Source: Patescibacteria group bacterium (GTDB taxonomy: Bacteria; Patescibacteriota; Patescibacteriia; UBA9934). From it: a DNA stretch of 64,000 bases. The position numbers and the translations under genes are program-made. Below the pieces are notes generated by a model. It saw only the letters and a list, made by a program, of their open reading frames with translations. It was not told the origin of the DNA and made no database searches. Each line of letters opens with the position of its first letter. Positions within the stretch are counted from its first letter, which is position 1. The stretch lies in assembly GCA_018062825.1 (NCBI GenBank), contig JAGORL010000001.1, forward strand, positions 47,137 through 111,136, in the 5' to 3' direction. Shown here piece after piece: positions 29,318-38,092 of the stretch.

Positions 29318-30169
29318 CTAAGGCACAGCAACAAGCAGGCGGTGCAGGAGCGTGGTCGCAAGAACGGCGCTGTCGCCAAGCTTGTCCACCGCGCGTTGGT
29401 ACCCTTCGGCGTTGTACGAGCGCAGCTGTTCGCTAAGCTCGTCGTTGTACGCCTGATTCACTGCGCGCAGCTGCCTGAGGCCAGCTACGAGGTCTTCGTC
29501 GAAGATGAGTGGGTGCGCCTCGGCACGCGCGATGATCTCATCGTAGTGCACGAGCATCGGACACGGCTCTCCCAGGCATTGAAGTACGTTGCGGACTCCG
29601 TGAAACGGGGCCTTGGTGGCATCGGTCAGAAGGTCGGCGCTCTCCTGGCGCCGCAGCGCTCGTTGGCGAGACAGTGCATCCTCCATGGCCTGATGCTTGT
29701 ACGTCAGGTAGGAGAGTGCCACCGCGCGCGGCTTGTGCCGACCGTTGAACTTGAAGTAGCGGGTCGGTTCAGGCGTGCGTGAGGCAAGTCCAATCGCAGC
29801 GCACGCGTGCAGGTGAGAGGCGAACCCTTCACCGATCGCGTGCTTGGCGCTACGTGCCAGGAAAAGGTCGCACCAGATGGTGGAGACCTTCACGTGATAG
29901 TGTGCCAAGTTCGCGAGGAACTCATCGACTTGCTGCGCTCGACGCCGCGTCTCGCGCGGATCAAGCGTCGTGCTCTCGTACAGGATGAACACATCAAGGT
30001 CAGACCGCGGCCCGTGTAGGCCCGCGGCATACGAGCCGCAAATGACGGCGTTCACCACCCAGGGCTGCTCTTTGAGCCAGGTCAGAAGGGTTGTCGCAAC
30101 TACGGTGAAGTTCTCGTGAGTAGGAACCTTCTTCAGACGTACGTCGGCGGCCAAGTAAACGCGTCCCAC
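29318..30169 (-). CDS. Pol-beta superfamily nucleotidyltransferase, AadA/ANT(3'')(9)-like; compositionally foreign (~62% GC)
   Basis: VICGSYAAGLHGPRSDLDVFILY has the same GS-x10-DxD spacing as AadA (LYGSAVDGGLKPHSDIDLLV), plus LDPRETRRRA and a helical C-terminal domain. GTG start with AGGAGG SD. Confidence 0.55.
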   Translation of the reverse strand: MGRVYLAADVRLKKVPTHENFTVVATTLLTWLKEQPWVVNAVICGSYAAGLHGPRSDLDVFILYESTTLDPRETRRRAQQVDEFLANLAHYHVKVSTIWCDLFLARSAKHAIGEGFASHLHACAAIGLASRTPEPTRYFKFNGRHKPRAVALSYLTYKHQAMEDALSRQRALRRQESADLLTDATKAPFHGVRNVLQCLGEPCPMLVHYDEIIARAEAHPLIFDEDLVAGLRQLRAVNQAYNDELSEQLRSYNAEGYQRAVDKLGDSAVLATTLLHRLLVAVP

Positions 30170-30282
30170 GCCCGCCTCCTATGAAAGAGCTAGCGCTAAG
30201 GTAACAGGCCGGTGCCTGTTGTGCAATATATTGACTACTAGGGTATTTTTGTTACACTTTCGCCAAATTATTTTTTCTATCT

Positions 30283-30750
30283 ATGGCCGATATCCAGCGA
30301 ACACTTGTTCTTATTAAGCCAGATGCCGTACAGCGCGAGCTCGTTGGTGAGGTCGTGACTCGCTTTGAGCGCAAAGGCTTGAAGATGATCGCCATGAAGC
30401 TTACGCACCTTGATGAAGCAACCCTCACCGAGCACTACGGACATTTGAAGGATAAGGCGTTCTTTCCAAGTCTTGTGCAGTTCATGATGCAGACCCCGGT
30501 GGTTGCTCTTGTGCTTGAAGGTCTTGATGTCATTGAATCCGTACGTAAGGTAGTTGGCGCCACGAACCCTCGTGCTGCTGACGCTGGTACCATCCGTGCC
30601 GATCTTTCCATGAATGTACCGTCAAACATGGTGCACGCCTCAGATTCTGTCGAGGCTGCTACTACGGAAATCACTCGTTTCTTTAAGCCAGAGGAGCTTA
30701 TGCAGTACGAAAAGATGACCGACAAGTTCCATTTTGGCGAGGGAATCTAA
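30283..30750 (+). CDS. ndk: nucleoside-diphosphate kinase
   Basis: TLVLIKPDAVQR...NMVHASDS (catalytic His region). Native GC. Confidence 0.9.
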   Translation: MADIQRTLVLIKPDAVQRELVGEVVTRFERKGLKMIAMKLTHLDEATLTEHYGHLKDKAFFPSLVQFMMQTPVVALVLEGLDVIESVRKVVGATNPRAADAGTIRADLSMNVPSNMVHASDSVEAATTEITRFFKPEELMQYEKMTDKFHFGEGI

Positions 30751-30762
30751 AAGAACCAGATA

Positions 30763-30797
30763 AAAGCACAAGGAAAATCCTTGTGCTTTTTGTTTTT
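30763..30797 (+). terminator. Rho-independent terminator after ndk
   Basis: agcacaagga-aaa-tccttgtgct + ttttgttttt. Confidence 0.6.
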
Positions 30798-30847
30798 CTA
30801 TGCTTCACTGAAGTGTCGTTCTTTCACCACTTGGGAGGTTATAGCGT

Positions 30848-32074
30848 ATGGTCCACTTCATCGACGATTCGTCGAGTGATGCTTGGTTCGCTTCGATCAA
30901 AGAGCATCCAACGCTCGGTCGTGAATACAGGCTGATGATGCAGCTGCTGGAGGTTCTGCTCCCCACTTCCTCCAACAAGCATGGGCGCCGCTCCCGATTC
31001 GGGATGGCATACCAGGAGGTTTACGGGCCAAGTGAGTACGCGGCAGAGGTCATTCACCGCCGGTTCAAGCAGTGCGCTGCTCGTATCCGCACGGAAGATG
31101 AGCGGATCGTGAAGGAGTTCTTCTACCCGTATGAGGCGGATCTGCATGCGGAAAGTCGCGTGCGCAACACCTACGATCCCGAGTCGCTTCTCGGCTACTG
31201 CAATCTCGGTGCAAGCGACGGCCTGATTGACATGCAGGCACGCGTGGAAGCTGTGGCACGCTTCATCACCTCGCGCCTCTTGCTGTACGCCGATCTTCAC
31301 GAGAGTGAGGTTGACGTCGGCGAGCAAGAAGGGGTAATTCTCGCGCAACTGCTCCCGCGGTTGTTCGTGCAAGAGTGTTCCCTCGAGACCTTCCTGGATC
31401 TGTCTCTTGATCGTCGCGCCAAGTGGCGCATCAAGGACTGGTCGATCGACGGTCGTCGGCTCGACGGCCGCATCCGCCTGCAGGAGCGCTTCCTGTGCCG
31501 AGCCTTCGAGATCGATGGCGTCAATCACCCCGTCTACATCGAGGATCGCGTGAAATCCGATTTCAGCAGCATCCTCAAGATGCTGAGGAAGAATCAAGAC
31601 ATGGGCAAGGAGAACGATAAGCGCGGCGTGCGCATGATCGTTTTCTCCCAGAAGGCCTTCAACGAGTTCGTGAAGGCGCTGCGTTCAGAGCTCTCTCGTG
31701 GCCGCTTTCAGGTCATCGAAGAGAGTGAGAATATCTCCACGGCTGGGAAGGTGGACAGCAATAACCCGGTGAGTAAGGAGGACTTCCGCGTACATCGCTT
31801 CGTGGCTGAGTACGCCGACCCGGGCCACAGCAAGTACCGCGTGGAGGTGAACGTTCAGTTCGTCGACGACTACCTCAACGACCGTTGGTCGCTTTCGCCG
31901 GCTCGGCACGAGCTCTATCGGTTTGAGCAACTGCAGCGCTACTTCTGCCCGTTCCGATACCCGCGCTTCATCCACGGCATCGACTGGACACCCGGTTCGC
32001 AGTTCGATCAGCGCATGCGAACCTTCATGGACTACCGACGTCGCGCCAAGGTCCTGGCTCGGTCCGCTCGCTAG
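30848..32074 (+). CDS. RelA/SpoT-family (alarmone synthetase fold) nucleotidyltransferase with ~230-aa N-terminal domain of unknown function; compositionally foreign (~60% GC)
   Basis: RVKSDFSSILKMLRK matches RxKxxxSxxxK (compare RelQ RVKPVASILEKARRK). DKRGVRMIVF matches DxxGxRI. VEVNVQF...ARHELYRFE is an EIQIRT...H..YKY analogue. GGGAGG SD. Confidence 0.55.
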   Translation: MVHFIDDSSSDAWFASIKEHPTLGREYRLMMQLLEVLLPTSSNKHGRRSRFGMAYQEVYGPSEYAAEVIHRRFKQCAARIRTEDERIVKEFFYPYEADLHAESRVRNTYDPESLLGYCNLGASDGLIDMQARVEAVARFITSRLLLYADLHESEVDVGEQEGVILAQLLPRLFVQECSLETFLDLSLDRRAKWRIKDWSIDGRRLDGRIRLQERFLCRAFEIDGVNHPVYIEDRVKSDFSSILKMLRKNQDMGKENDKRGVRMIVFSQKAFNEFVKALRSELSRGRFQVIEESENISTAGKVDSNNPVSKEDFRVHRFVAEYADPGHSKYRVEVNVQFVDDYLNDRWSLSPARHELYRFEQLQRYFCPFRYPRFIHGIDWTPGSQFDQRMRTFMDYRRRAKVLARSAR

Positions 32075-32082
32075 TTCGCAAA

Positions 32083-32125
32083 GCCCCACACCTCGCCAGG
32101 TGTGGGGCGCTTCTTATTTGTGGGG
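32083..32125 (+). terminator. strong GC-rich terminator after the RelA/SpoT-like gene
   Basis: gccccacacct-cgcc-aggtgtggggc + ttcttatttgt. Confidence 0.55.
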
Positions 32126-32145
32126 GTTTTTTAAATTTGCTATAA

Positions 32146-32179
32146 CTTGAGATGAAAATAATTTTGAACTGATCTCAAG
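32146..32179 (+). promoter_or_regulatory. hairpin in murA 5' leader
   Basis: cttgagat-(18 nt)-atctcaag, immediately upstream of a murA start region with no obvious SD. Confidence 0.2.
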
Positions 32180-32188
32180 CTGATCTGT

Positions 32189-33490
32189 ATGAGCGTTCTG
32201 AAGATTACAGGTGGAAAGCCGCTACGTGGTGAAGTGCAGATTGCTGGAGTAAAAAATGGAGCTTCAAAAATGATCATCGCTTCGCTGTTAACAGCGGGGG
32301 AGATGACGCTTGAGAACGTGCCGCTCCAGCAAGAAACCGATATTTCACGTGAACTGGTTACTACGCTTGGCGCTGCATCATCGCTCGAGGGTCACACCTT
32401 AAAACTGCACGCTAAAGAGATTACGCGTACATCTGCCATGCAGTTGTCGCGCAAAAACCGTCTAGCGATTTTGGCGTTAGCTCCGCTTCTGCACCGCACT
32501 GGGGAAGCATATGTGCCAACCCTTGGTGGCGATAAAATCGGTCCTCGTCCGGTAAATTTTCACCTGGACGCCCTTGAATCAATGGGTGCTAAAATTGAAG
32601 TTGATGCCGATGGTTATCGCGCTTCAGTGAATGGTCGCCTGAAAGGTGCTGTCATTGCATTGCCATATCCTTCCGTTGGAGCCACGGAAACCGTACTTTT
32701 CGCTGGCGTTCTTGCGGAGGGCCGCACGGTACTCAAGAATGCTGCTATCGAACCAGAAATCATCGAGCTCATCATGATGCTGCAAAAAATGGGTGCGATC
32801 ATTGATGTTAAGGAGGATCGTAATATTGAAATTCTTGGTGTTCATGAATTGCACGGTTGCACACACCGCGTTATTCCAGATCGCAATGAAGTCGCATCGT
32901 TTGCGAGTTTAGCTCTTGCAACGCACGGTGAGATTTTCTGCAAAGGAGCAGATCATCGAGATGTTATTACTTTGTTAAACGCTGTGCGTCGCATCGGGGG
33001 AGAATACGAGGTTCGCAAGGATGGCATTTTATTCCGGGGCAATGGCAAGTATCACGGCCTTCAGCTGGAAACAGATACCCATCCAGGCTTCATGACCGAC
33101 TGGCAGCAGCCGTTTACAGTTGTTCTAACGCAAGCGGAAGGAACATCGGTTGTGCACGAGACCGTTTATCAAGAGCGATTCGGCTATACAGCGACACTCA
33201 AACAAATGGGCGCAGATGTCACGCTCTTTGATAGTTGTCTTGGTGAAATAAAGTGTCGATTTAAGGATCATAACTACAAGCACAGCGCAGTAATCAAGGG
33301 GCCGGCAAAGTTAAGTGCAACAAAAATGGTCATTCCAGATATTCGTGCGGGCTTGGCTTATGTTATCGCAGCGCTTGTCGCTGAGGGCACGAGTGAACTA
33401 ACCGGTGTCGAGCACCTGGAGCGTGGCTATGAAGACCTATACGGCAAGCTTGAGGCAATCGGCGCTGATATAGAAGTCGTACGCGACTAA
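32189..33490 (+). CDS. murA: UDP-N-acetylglucosamine 1-carboxyvinyltransferase
   Basis: 433 aa, EPSP-synthase-like fold. N-terminal KITGGKPLRGEV. Confidence 0.9.
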   Translation: MSVLKITGGKPLRGEVQIAGVKNGASKMIIASLLTAGEMTLENVPLQQETDISRELVTTLGAASSLEGHTLKLHAKEITRTSAMQLSRKNRLAILALAPLLHRTGEAYVPTLGGDKIGPRPVNFHLDALESMGAKIEVDADGYRASVNGRLKGAVIALPYPSVGATETVLFAGVLAEGRTVLKNAAIEPEIIELIMMLQKMGAIIDVKEDRNIEILGVHELHGCTHRVIPDRNEVASFASLALATHGEIFCKGADHRDVITLLNAVRRIGGEYEVRKDGILFRGNGKYHGLQLETDTHPGFMTDWQQPFTVVLTQAEGTSVVHETVYQERFGYTATLKQMGADVTLFDSCLGEIKCRFKDHNYKHSAVIKGPAKLSATKMVIPDIRAGLAYVIAALVAEGTSELTGVEHLERGYEDLYGKLEAIGADIEVVRD

Positions 33491-33496
33491 CAACGT

Positions 33497-34165
33497 ATGA
33501 TATTTGACCTTCTCTTCGGAAACCCCATTTTCGGCATTCTTTGGATAATTGCCTTAGTTTTGTCGCTAACAGTGCATGAATTCTCACACGCTCTTGTCGG
33601 TCACTTGCGCGGTGACGATACAGCCGAGCGTATGGGGCGTCTCACCTTAAACCCACTTGCGCACCTTGATGTTGCCGGCACGATCGCTCTGTTGATTCTG
33701 GGCGTAGGATGGGCAAAACCAGTGCCTTTTGACCCACGTCGCCTGGCAGATCCGTTTCGTGACGGCGCACTCATCGCCTTTGCGGGTCCTTTGGCAAATA
33801 TCCTCTTTGCTGCGGTAGCTGGGCTTACTTTCCGTGCGTTAAGTTCAGCGGGCATTATGCCGGTCGACTCACTGTTGCCGCCATTTTTGGGAATTCTGGT
33901 TTTTGTTAACCTTCTCCTGTGCTTCTTTAACTTCATTCCAGTGCATCCTCTTGATGGGGCAAAGATTGCGGATCTCGTTTTGTGGCGCCTGAAAGCCTTC
34001 AAAACCCTTGAGCTTCTTACGCGCTATGGTCCAAATCTACTCTTGGTTTTGATCCTAATCTCGCTCGTTACCCCGCTCAATATCTTTATTATCGTTCAAT
34101 TACCGGCCTTTTTGGGCTGTTCTGCGTTCATTGGGCAGTCTTGCGTGCCTTATCTTGCCGGTTAA
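33497..34165 (+). CDS. site-2 protease family (peptidase M50) membrane metalloprotease
   Basis: HEFSHALVGHLRGD (HExxH in TM helix). Polytopic, with later LDG motif. Confidence 0.7.
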   Translation: MIFDLLFGNPIFGILWIIALVLSLTVHEFSHALVGHLRGDDTAERMGRLTLNPLAHLDVAGTIALLILGVGWAKPVPFDPRRLADPFRDGALIAFAGPLANILFAAVAGLTFRALSSAGIMPVDSLLPPFLGILVFVNLLLCFFNFIPVHPLDGAKIADLVLWRLKAFKTLELLTRYGPNLLLVLILISLVTPLNIFIIVQLPAFLGCSAFIGQSCVPYLAG

Positions 34166-34186
34166 GCATCCGGGCCCTGAAGAGGT

Positions 34187-34220
34187 AGTTCTGACTCCTG
34201 AAAAGTCAGTGTTATATTTG
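34187..34220 (+). terminator. candidate terminator after M50 protease gene
   Basis: ctgact-cctgaaa-agtcag then tgttatatttg. Confidence 0.35.
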
Positions 34221-34233
34221 TACCCCAGAGCGG

Positions 34234-34262
34234 TTGACCCATTTTTTGGCTTATGCTAGAGT
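34234..34262 (+). promoter_or_regulatory. candidate sigma70 promoter of the str operon
   Basis: TTGACC - 17 nt - TAGAGT, about 15 nt upstream of rpsL ATG. Confidence 0.4.
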
Positions 34263-34277
34263 TTGCCCACTTTTTGT

Positions 34278-34718
34278 ATGCCAACAATTAATCAACTCAT
34301 CCGCAAGGGTCGCAGCACCAAGAAGGCGAAGTCAAAGTCGCCTGCTATGCAGTACGCGTTGGACTCCCTCCACCGTAAGCGCACCCTCTTGCCAAAAGGC
34401 GCTCCGTTTAAGCGCGGCGTCTGTCTCAAGGTTACGACCATGACGCCAAAGAAGCCGAACTCGGCTCTTCGTAAGATTGCTCGTATCCGTCTTTCAAACG
34501 GTACTGAAGTTACTGCTTACATCCCTGGCGAAGGTCACAACCTTCAAGAGCACTCTATCGTGATGATTCGCGGTGGTCGTGTAAAAGATCTTCCAGGTGT
34601 GCGCTACCACATTGTCCGTGGTCGCTACGATGCTACCGGCGTAGAGGGCCGCAACCGCGGTCGTTCACGTTACGGTACCAAGCGTCCAAAGGCTGGTGCT
34701 GCTCCTAAGAAAAAGTAA
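34278..34718 (+). CDS. rpsL: 30S ribosomal protein S12
   Basis: [12 protein letters not shown]...[10 protein letters not shown]. Confidence 0.95.
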   Translation: MPTINQLIRKGRSTKKAKSKSPAMQYALDSLHRKRTLLPKGAPFKRGVCLKVTTMTPKKPNSALRKIARIRLSNGTEVTAYIPGEGHNLQEHSIVMIRGGRVKDLPGVRYHIVRGRYDATGVEGRNRGRSRYGTKRPKAGAAPKKK

Positions 34719-34796
34719 CATTCACTAAATAAATATTAACAATGTCCGCTCAGTACCGCTCCACGCGGGAAGGTGAACGGCATTGCAAGACTCATT

Positions 34797-35264
34797 ATGC
34801 GTGGTAAGGCCGCCGTTAAGCGCTATCTAGCGCCAGACCTCAAGTACAACAATGTACTTGTTGCAAAGTTGATTAATTACGTGATGCGCGATGGTAAAAA
34901 GTCCACCGCAACACGTGTGGTATATGATGCGATGGATATCATCGCGACAGAGGCTGAACAAAGCCCGATCGATGTCTTTGACAACGCGCTCAAGAACATC
35001 ATTCCAACGGTTGAAGTAAAGTCCAAGCGTGTTGGTGGTGCAAACTACCAGGTTCCAATGCCAGTTCGTGGCGATCGTCGCTACGCACTTGCATACCGCT
35101 GGGTTCTCGCTGCAGCACGTGCTCGTAAGGGCCGTCCAATGGCAGAGAAGCTCGCGGAAGAAATCATGCTTGCGGCCAAAAATGAAGGCGAAGCGGTAAA
35201 GAAGCGTGCAGACGTACAGCGTATGGCAGAAGCCAACCGTGCGTTCGCTCACCTTGCCCGCTAA
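34797..35264 (+). CDS. rpsG: 30S ribosomal protein S7
   Basis: Characteristic S7 sequence. Start at MRGK (track ORF starts 34773). Confidence 0.9.
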   Translation: MRGKAAVKRYLAPDLKYNNVLVAKLINYVMRDGKKSTATRVVYDAMDIIATEAEQSPIDVFDNALKNIIPTVEVKSKRVGGANYQVPMPVRGDRRYALAYRWVLAAARARKGRPMAEKLAEEIMLAAKNEGEAVKKRADVQRMAEANRAFAHLAR

Positions 35265-35336
35265 ACGCGCAAAAACGAGGCTGCGGCATTTCCGCGGTCT
35301 CGTTTTCTTTCAAAGAACAATTCCTCATTTCTTTAT

Positions 35337-37424
35337 ATGACTCGTGATTATCCACTAGACCGGGTACGTAACATCGGTATCATTGCTCACATCGACGCTG
35401 GTAAGACCACTACTACCGAGCGCGTACTTTTCTATACAGGAAAGAAGCACAAGATCGGTGAGGTACACGAAGGTGAGGCAACCATGGACTGGATGGAGCA
35501 AGAGCAGGAGCGTGGTATCACCATTACTGCCGCTGCCACCACCTGTTTCTGGAAAGATCACCGCATTAACATCATTGATACCCCAGGTCACGTAGACTTT
35601 ACCGTTGAAGTTGAGCGTTCACTTCGCGTTCTTGACGGTGGCGTAACCGTTTTCGACGGCGTTGCTGGCGTGGAGCCACAGTCAGAAACTGTTTGGCACC
35701 AGGCTGATAAGTACAATGTACCTCGCGTTTGTTACATCAATAAGCTTGATCGTACCGGTGCTGACTTCTACAAAGATCTTGCTTCTATTCACGCTCGTCT
35801 CACAACGAAAGCTTACCCAATTCAGTTGCCAATCGGTGCTGAATCAAACTTCGTAGGCTTGATCGACCTCTTCACACGCAAGGCTTACATCTACAAGGAC
35901 GACCTTGGTAAGCAGATTGATGAGGTAGATGTTCCAGAAGACATGAAGGCTAAGGTAGAGGAATACCGAGCTCGTTTGGTTGAGGCGATCGTTGAACAGG
36001 ATGAGAACCTCATGGAACGCTACTTGGCGGGAGAGGAGATCACGGTTCCTGAGCTCAAAGCAGCGCTTCGCAAGGGTGTTGTTGCCATGAAGATTTTCCC
36101 AGTTATTTGTGGATCTTCTTTGAAGAACAAGGGTGTACAGCAGATGCTTGACGCTGTTGTTGAACTTTTGCCAAGCCCACTTGATCGTCCACCGCTTGAA
36201 GGTTTTAACCCAGAAAACCCAGATGAAATCATCCCTTGCCCAGCAAAGGATGACGCACCATTTGCCGCCCTTGCTTTCAAGATCGCCGCTGATCCATTCG
36301 TGGGTAAGCTTGCTTTCTTCCGCGTATACTCCGGTTCGGTAAAGGCTGGTTCATACATTTTGAACTCAAGCACCGGTGAAAAGGAGCGTCTTTCTCGCAT
36401 CGTGCGTTTGCACGCCAACTCTCGTGAAGAGGTGGATGAAGTATTCGCTGGTGAAATTGCTGCCGCTGTTGGTTTGAAGGGTACGATCACAGGTCACACG
36501 ATGTGCTCCCCAGAACACCCAGTTGTTCTTGAGGCAATCACCTTTGCTGATCCAGTTATTTCTCAGGCAATTGAGCCAAAAACCAAGGGAGATCAGGAGA
36601 AGATGGGCATGGCACTTGCAAAGCTCATGGAAGAAGATCCAACCTTCCGCGCCCGCACCGATGCCGAGACCAGCCAAACCATCATTGATGGTATGGGTGA
36701 GCTCCACCTTGAAATCATGGTTGACCGCATGAAGCGTGAATACAGTGTTGAGGTGAATGTTGGTAAGCCGCAGGTAAGCTACCGCGAAACCATTCGTGGT
36801 TCCGCAGAAGCAGAAGGTCGCTATATCAAGCAGTCTGGTGGTCGTGGTCAGTACGGTCACTGTTGGTTGCGCATTGAGCCTCAGACCGAGCCAGATCAGC
36901 CAAACTTCACTTTCTTTGATGAAGTAAAGGGTGGCTCTGTTCCTCGCGAATACATCCCAGCTATTGAAAAGGGTGCTCGTGAGTCATGTGATCGCGGTGT
37001 TTTGGCAGGTTTCCCGCTCATCAACATCAAGGCGACCGTTTTTGACGGCTCCTACCACGATGTCGACTCAAACGAAGCGGCTTTCAAGATGGCTGGTTCA
37101 CTAGCCTTCCAGGAGGGTATTAAGAAGTCTAAACCAGTTCTTCTTGAGCCAGTTATGCGTGTTGAGGTTGTTACCCCGGAAGATTTCATGGGTACAGTTG
37201 TTGGAGATTTGAACTCTAAGCGTGGTCAGATCCAGGAAATGGGCGATCGTGGTACGGTCAAGACCGTGCGCGCTATGGTTCCACTTGCTGAAATGTTCGG
37301 CTACGCCACAAACTTGCGTTCTATTACTCAGGGTCGCGCTTCGTACTCTATGGAGTTTGGAGAGTACCAGGAGGTGCCGCGCAATGTTTCTGAGGCAATT
37401 ATTAAGGAGCGAGCAGGGAAGTAG
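35337..37424 (+). CDS. fusA: elongation factor G
   Basis: [25 protein letters not shown]. 695 aa. Confidence 0.95.
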   Translation: MTRDYPLDRVRNIGIIAHIDAGKTTTTERVLFYTGKKHKIGEVHEGEATMDWMEQEQERGITITAAATTCFWKDHRINIIDTPGHVDFTVEVERSLRVLDGGVTVFDGVAGVEPQSETVWHQADKYNVPRVCYINKLDRTGADFYKDLASIHARLTTKAYPIQLPIGAESNFVGLIDLFTRKAYIYKDDLGKQIDEVDVPEDMKAKVEEYRARLVEAIVEQDENLMERYLAGEEITVPELKAALRKGVVAMKIFPVICGSSLKNKGVQQMLDAVVELLPSPLDRPPLEGFNPENPDEIIPCPAKDDAPFAALAFKIAADPFVGKLAFFRVYSGSVKAGSYILNSSTGEKERLSRIVRLHANSREEVDEVFAGEIAAAVGLKGTITGHTMCSPEHPVVLEAITFADPVISQAIEPKTKGDQEKMGMALAKLMEEDPTFRARTDAETSQTIIDGMGELHLEIMVDRMKREYSVEVNVGKPQVSYRETIRGSAEAEGRYIKQSGGRGQYGHCWLRIEPQTEPDQPNFTFFDEVKGGSVPREYIPAIEKGARESCDRGVLAGFPLINIKATVFDGSYHDVDSNEAAFKMAGSLAFQEGIKKSKPVLLEPVMRVEVVTPEDFMGTVVGDLNSKRGQIQEMGDRGTVKTVRAMVPLAEMFGYATNLRSITQGRASYSMEFGEYQEVPRNVSEAIIKERAGK

Positions 37425-37443
37425 TCCCCAGTTTATCCTCAAA

Positions 37444-37470
37444 AGACCGGCAAATGCCGGTCTTTTGTTT
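37444..37470 (+). terminator. Rho-independent terminator after fusA
   Basis: agaccggc-aaat-gccggtct + tttgtttt. Confidence 0.6.
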
Positions 37471-37506
37471 TGACGCCACGAGGTTCAGGTCTTACCATGC
37501 GAGCGT

Positions 37507-37944
37507 ATGGATATTCCTGCATATTTTGAACGGTTGTTGCGCCTAGTCCGAAAAGGAGGCGGACCAGTGGTCATTGCTGGCGAAGGCGGCGAAGAGCCAC
37601 TTGTTGTCCTGACGCTAAGCGCGTACGAGGCGCTATCTGACCAGGGCTCCGGTTCCCAGAATCTTTCACCACGCGAACGAGTCTACGAGGACGAAGATTT
37701 TGATCCTCAGGTCGTGGAGAGGCAGGTAGAGGAAGTGGCGCCACCGCGTCCTCCAAGACCGCTTGGCGGTATGGCAGCTATGCGCCCACGTCAGTCTTTG
37801 AATGCCACGCGCGAGGTAGCTGAGCCAAAAGGAGAAATAAGACAGAAACCTCAGGAAAATACGCAAAGTCGCCGCCCAATTCTGAGGCGTCCAACCGAGC
37901 GAAATGAAGGGGGAGAGGAGCGGTTTTACCTAGAATCTGTCTAG
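37507..37944 (+). CDS. Phd/YefM-like antitoxin-fold N-terminal domain with disordered Pro/Arg/Glu-rich tail; hypothetical
   Basis: PVVIAGEGGEEPLVVLTLSAYEAL resembles the Phd/YefM core (PVVITRNGKPVAVL..EEYESL). No toxin partner adjacent. Confidence 0.35.
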   Translation: MDIPAYFERLLRLVRKGGGPVVIAGEGGEEPLVVLTLSAYEALSDQGSGSQNLSPRERVYEDEDFDPQVVERQVEEVAPPRPPRPLGGMAAMRPRQSLNATREVAEPKGEIRQKPQENTQSRRPILRRPTERNEGGEERFYLESV

Positions 37945-37980
37945 CTAAAAGAAGGTGTCCACCGAGATAAGGGTCAGTAC

Positions 37981-38009
37981 TTGCAAGAAATTTCGCACTT
38001 TGCTACACT
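37981..38009 (+). promoter_or_regulatory. candidate promoter for tuf
   Basis: TTGCAA - 17 nt - TACACT. Confidence 0.35.
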
Positions 38010-38092
38010 CATTGCGCATTTCATTATTAGATTTGTACTTGTCTTAGAGCCTTTTCGCTATTTTCGCGAGAAGGAACGAGCAACAAAAGCTT

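Noticed and set aside
29342-29988. Plus-strand ORFs (146, 69 and 70 aa) inside the NTase gene
   Set aside because: Antisense artefacts of the GC-rich cassette. The minus-strand frame carries the GS-x10-DxD NTase core.
30839-31597. 252-aa minus-strand ORF overlapping the RelA/SpoT-like gene
   Set aside because: GC-rich antisense frame without motifs. The plus-strand protein carries RelA/SpoT signatures.
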